20,000 nt of DNA, from IMG/VR virus record IMGVR_UViG_3300047480_000789; one strand, given 5' to 3'. Under the pieces are notes generated by a model. That model was given only the letters and a program-made list of their open reading frames with translations, was not told the DNA's origin and made no database searches. The translations under genes were made by a program, and so were the position numbers. Positions 16,812 to 20,000 of this stretch are shown piece after piece (within the stretch, counting starts at the first letter, position 1; each line of letters starts with the position of its first letter). The DNA comes from an uncultured virus (IMG/VR IMGVR_UViG_3300047480_000789) (Duplodnaviria > Heunggongvirae > Uroviricota > Caudoviricetes).

Positions 16812-17882
16812 GTGTTAACTACCTTAGAAAAATATCACAAAGATGGTTTGTTACATAAACAAACACACCCGACTCTTGATTTAACTATTTGGAATTACAC
16901 CCCAAAAGTTCAGTATGAAAAATTATGGGATGAAATCACAATACAATGTCGTGGATTGGTAACTAATTCTAATGGTGACATTGTTGCTCGACCATTTAAG
17001 AAATTCTTTAATTATGAAGAACATAAACCAGAAGAGATACCAAACGAAGAATTTGTTGTTTATGAAAAATTAGACGGTTCATTAGGTATTTTATTTAATT
17101 ACCAAGGGGAATGGATATTGTGCACTCGTGGATCATTCACATCACCCCAAGCAATTAAGGGTAAAGAGATTCTTAATAGACACGATATAAGTGCGTTAAG
17201 AAAAGATAATACACTTTTATTTGAAATTATTTATCCTGAAAATAGAATTGTTGTTGATTATGGTAACGAAGAAAAATTAGTGGTAATTGGTGGTATACAT
17301 ACTGAAACCGGCGATGAAATATCCGATGAAGGTTTATCTTTTTTACAACAAGCTGGGTTTGAAGTTGTAACAACATATAAAACTTGGGGTGAAGGTTATG
17401 ATTTACTTAAAGAGGATATAAGTAAAGATAAAGAAGGATATGTAATTCGTTTTAAAAGTGGTTTTCGTATGAAAATCAAAGGAGACGAATATGTAAGACT
17501 TCATCGTATTTTAACAAACATATCTAATAGGGATATATGGGAGTATTTAAAGGACAATAGACCGTTTGATGAATTACTCGAAAAAGTACCTGATGAATTT
17601 AACGATTGGGTTAAAAAAACCGTTAGTGATTTAAGATATGGATGTTACCAATTAAGAGAACGCGCAGGTAAATTACACGATGGTTTTAGATATGGTAAAT
17701 TTGGAGACAGAGAGGTCGAACCATCTAAAAAAGAATTTGCGGAATTTGTAATGAAACAACAAGAAGTCCTACACGGTATTATGTTTGCTATGTGGGACGG
17801 TAATAATAAAAAAGTAGACGAAATAATTTGGAAATTAGTGAAACCAAAATATTCAAAACCATTTAAGAAAGATGAAAATTGA
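16812..17882 (+). CDS. RNA ligase, T4 Rnl1-like
   Basis: CRGLV, RPFKKFFN, motif I EKLDGS, TRGSF, FEII, motif IV EGYV, motif V KIKG..Y. Confidence 0.9.
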   Translation: MLTTLEKYHKDGLLHKQTHPTLDLTIWNYTPKVQYEKLWDEITIQCRGLVTNSNGDIVARPFKKFFNYEEHKPEEIPNEEFVVYEKLDGSLGILFNYQGEWILCTRGSFTSPQAIKGKEILNRHDISALRKDNTLLFEIIYPENRIVVDYGNEEKLVVIGGIHTETGDEISDEGLSFLQQAGFEVVTTYKTWGEGYDLLKEDISKDKEGYVIRFKSGFRMKIKGDEYVRLHRILTNISNRDIWEYLKDNRPFDELLEKVPDEFNDWVKKTVSDLRYGCYQLRERAGKLHDGFRYGKFGDREVEPSKKEFAEFVMKQQEVLHGIMFAMWDGNNKKVDEIIWKLVKPKYSKPFKKDEN

Positions 17883-18351
17883 AAAAAAAAGAATATATCT
17901 CGATGATGTAAGAACACCATTACAAGATGATTGGGTAGTTGTCAGAAACTATGATGAATTTGTTAGTAAGATTCGTTTAGTGGGGTTAGAAAATATTGAG
18001 GTTATTTCACTAGATCACGATTTAGGTGATAGTGCAATGATTGAATATTACAATAATGTAAAGGATAATTATGAATTAGACTACTCAAACATTACAGAAA
18101 AAACCGGATACGACTGCTGTAAATTTTTAGTTAGTGAGAGTATGAGTAAAAATATCCCATTACCCCAAATTTATGTACATTCCGCAAACCCAATTGGGAG
18201 TGCAAATATGATGGGGTACATAAATAATTATTTTATGAATTCTAAATTACCACAAACTTGTATTCGTGTCAATATTCAACACACAATTGGAGAAGAGTTT
18301 ATCTTATCACCTGAACTTAGAGAAAAAAAATGGAAAAGAAAGGATAATTAA
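17872..18351 (+). CDS. Cyclic-phosphate-processing receiver-like domain protein
   Basis: YLDDVR.P, VRNYDEF, ISLDHDLG, TGYD and VHSANP.G motifs; overlaps the ligase stop. Confidence 0.8.
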   Translation: MKIEKKRIYLDDVRTPLQDDWVVVRNYDEFVSKIRLVGLENIEVISLDHDLGDSAMIEYYNNVKDNYELDYSNITEKTGYDCCKFLVSESMSKNIPLPQIYVHSANPIGSANMMGYINNYFMNSKLPQTCIRVNIQHTIGEEFILSPELREKKWKRKDN

Positions 18352-18407
18352 TTTTTTTTATTCAAAAAATGATATATTTTTGCTAACCATTTAACTAACT
18401 AAACTTT

Positions 18408-18743
18408 ATGACTAAAATTGATAACCCAACTAAACAAAAGTACTTCAAAGAATTGAAACTGGAGGGTAAATACAAAGATTTTACGGACTTTTATGATGAA
18501 AACAAGGAAACCATCTATAAATCAATAATCGACGTTTTTAAAGAGTTTAAAGAGACTAAAAAAACAAAATTAACCTTGAACATATCGGCTAAAATAAAAG
18601 GTCTCGAATGGGATACCGAATTTAATTTCGATAGGTCTGAAACAATAGTTTTAAAAAGAGATGTGATGCCGTATTTTGAAGAAATTGAAGATTACGAGAC
18701 TTGTGGTGAAGTATTAAAATTATATGATTGCTTGACTTTTTAA
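18408..18743 (+). CDS. Hypothetical protein (111 aa) with C-terminal UVR-like EDYExC motif
   Basis: Clean ORF; TATTTTTG (-7 element) at 18375-18382; tail YFEEIEDYETCGEVLKL. Confidence 0.75.
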   Translation: MTKIDNPTKQKYFKELKLEGKYKDFTDFYDENKETIYKSIIDVFKEFKETKKTKLTLNISAKIKGLEWDTEFNFDRSETIVLKRDVMPYFEEIEDYETCGEVLKLYDCLTF

Positions 18744-18799
18744 AGAAATTTAACTATTATAGTATTGTATCAGGAGAGAGGTACATTTATTTTTGTCAT

Positions 18800-18833
18800 A
18801 TCCCCGTGGGTTTTTAATCTTCGGGGATTTTTT
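18800..18833 (+). terminator. Intrinsic terminator
   Basis: ATCCCCG...CGGGGAT stem with inner GGGTT/AATCT pairing, then a U tract. Confidence 0.75.
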
Positions 18834-18948
18834 ATGAATTAAAAATTTAATTGTACTATATAAAGAACTTCTTGTTATTATTATATTTTTCTTGGTATTC
18901 TGATATTTTTGTTGTATTTTTCTAATAGTTATATAAAAAAAATACAAT

Positions 18949-19098
18949 ATGTTAAATTTAATTATAGGTTTATTCGTCTTATGTTCCTCATTTGGAATTA
19001 CACTTTCTAAAACACAAACTCATTACGGGTTTCGTAAACAACGTCAACACGTTAAACCTTTAACGTTAGATAAAGATGTGTTAAAGCATAACTCTTGA
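18949..19098 (+). CDS. Putative small membrane/secreted peptide (49 aa)
   Basis: Manual translation: MLNLIIGLFVLCSSFGITLSKTQTHYGFRKQRQHVKPLTLDKDVLKHNS*; hydrophobic N-terminus, A-rich leader; below the ORF-track cutoff. Confidence 0.5.
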   Translation: MLNLIIGLFVLCSSFGITLSKTQTHYGFRKQRQHVKPLTLDKDVLKHNS

Positions 19099-20000
19099 TC
19101 CGACCAAGAAGTTACTTAACATTGGGGTATTCGGTTCGGTATTTAAATTCAATTTGTAATTAAAACTGAATCCAAAACGTTTAGTTATTTTATAATCAAA
19201 ACTACTACCCAATAAAAACCCAATCTGTCTTCCTACCATAGTACCACCAGTAAAGGTGTTGTAACCTAACGGTGACCACATTGTAAAAACTTGTGGAGAT
19301 ATCGTTAATTTCTTATTATACTGATACGGTTTTGTCCAAAATACTACTGTGGATGTTGACAAACTAGTTGTGTAGGATTCTTCACCTTTCATTAGTAAGG
19401 TAATCAACCCAACATTATATCCGTAAGTCCCCAATTTAGGGTGAGGTTTAATCCAAGTATAACCTAAGAGACCCATATATGTTCCTTTTAAGTACGCTGA
19501 GGTAAATGAATAACTATTTAATGAATTCAATTGTCCTTTATTTGTCAATTTCATTACAGTTACTCCCGATGAAATTGCAAATTGGTCAAATGTTGAGAAA
19601 GCCATTCCATTTAAACTATATGATTTATCACCCATCAAAGATGATTTAGACATTCCTACGGTCATAGCTAAAGAATATGTACCGTCGGCCGATTGTGCGG
19701 TTGTTAAATCCGATGCTATTAACATAGGATTTAAATTTTGTTGTTTTCTTTTCTCTTCTTTTTTCTTTTCTTCCTCTTTTTTCTCTTCTTTCTTAGACTC
19801 GGATTTTGACTCGTCTTTCTTCTTCTCAGTCTTACTTTCTGATTTTGATTCACTCTTACTTTCTGTTTTTGAATCGGTTTTAGATTCTGACGAAGATGAG
19901 GTGTTATTTTTATTATCCGACGATGAGGGTGGTGTTCCACTATTTGATGATGAGGTTGATGGTTGTGTACTTGTTGTTGCACTTGAACTGACGGCTGACG
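19081..20000 (-). CDS. Putative outer-membrane beta-barrel protein (3' part; start lies beyond right edge)
   Basis: The frame of the 214-aa track ORF stays open to the window end, adding a Ser/Thr-rich and then SESK/KEE-rich linker; the last ~215 aa show alternating hydrophobic strands (GLLGYTWIK, GYNVGLITL, SFDYKITKRFGFSFNYKL, FLVGSRVML). Confidence 0.7.
   Translation of the reverse strand, partial: SAVSSSATTSTQPSTSSSNSGTPPSSSDNKNNTSSSSESKTDSKTESKSESKSESKTEKKKDESKSESKKEEKKEEEKKKEEKRKQQNLNPMLIASDLTTAQSADGTYSLAMTVGMSKSSLMGDKSYSLNGMAFSTFDQFAISSGVTVMKLTNKGQLNSLNSYSFTSAYLKGTYMGLLGYTWIKPHPKLGTYGYNVGLITLLMKGEESYTTSLSTSTVVFWTKPYQYNKKLTISPQVFTMWSPLGYNTFTGGTMVGRQIGFLLGSSFDYKITKRFGFSFNYKLNLNTEPNTPMLSNFLVGSRVML

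Noticed and set aside
18750..18947. 65-aa minus-strand ORF
   Set aside because: AT-rich intergenic sequence spanning a plus-strand terminator, non-ATG start, no protein-like features.
19731..19982. 83-aa Lys/Arg-rich minus-strand ORF, or a frameshift in the last gene
   Set aside because: Alternative frame of the low-complexity linker; the beta-barrel frame is open to the window end.
1..20000. Stop-codon reassignment, introns/inteins, tRNA genes
   Set aside because: Genes are full length in the standard code with TAA, TAG and TGA all used as stops; portal, terminase and ClpC are uninterrupted; no cloverleaf or T-loop signature was seen in intergenic regions.

Overview
AT-rich (standard genetic code) segment of a large T4-like (myovirus-type) phage, most likely infecting Bacteroidota. 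Left part (minus strand, 1-12.6 kb): head morphogenesis module with major capsid protein (partial, missing from the ORF track), acidic scaffold, prohead protease, portal, terminase large subunit, several probable head proteins, a pol-beta-type nucleotidyltransferase and a KTSC protein. A ribosomal protein bS21 gene sits inside this module on the opposite strand. Middle: divergent hsp20 and N-domain-less clpC separated by a repeat array. Right part (plus strand): SGNH-like protein, small lipoprotein, a three-gene candidate RNA repair cassette (P-loop kinase, Rnl1-type ligase, receiver-like phosphoesterase), small ORFs, and the 3' end of a convergent outer-membrane beta-barrel-like gene. Most notable: a perfect 32-bp palindrome giving bS21 and its convergent neighbour the same C-terminus (KNGLN*), a recurring TATTTATA motif before structural genes, and two candidate small RNA or attenuator elements. 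All product calls rest on motif recognition by eye; no searches were run.
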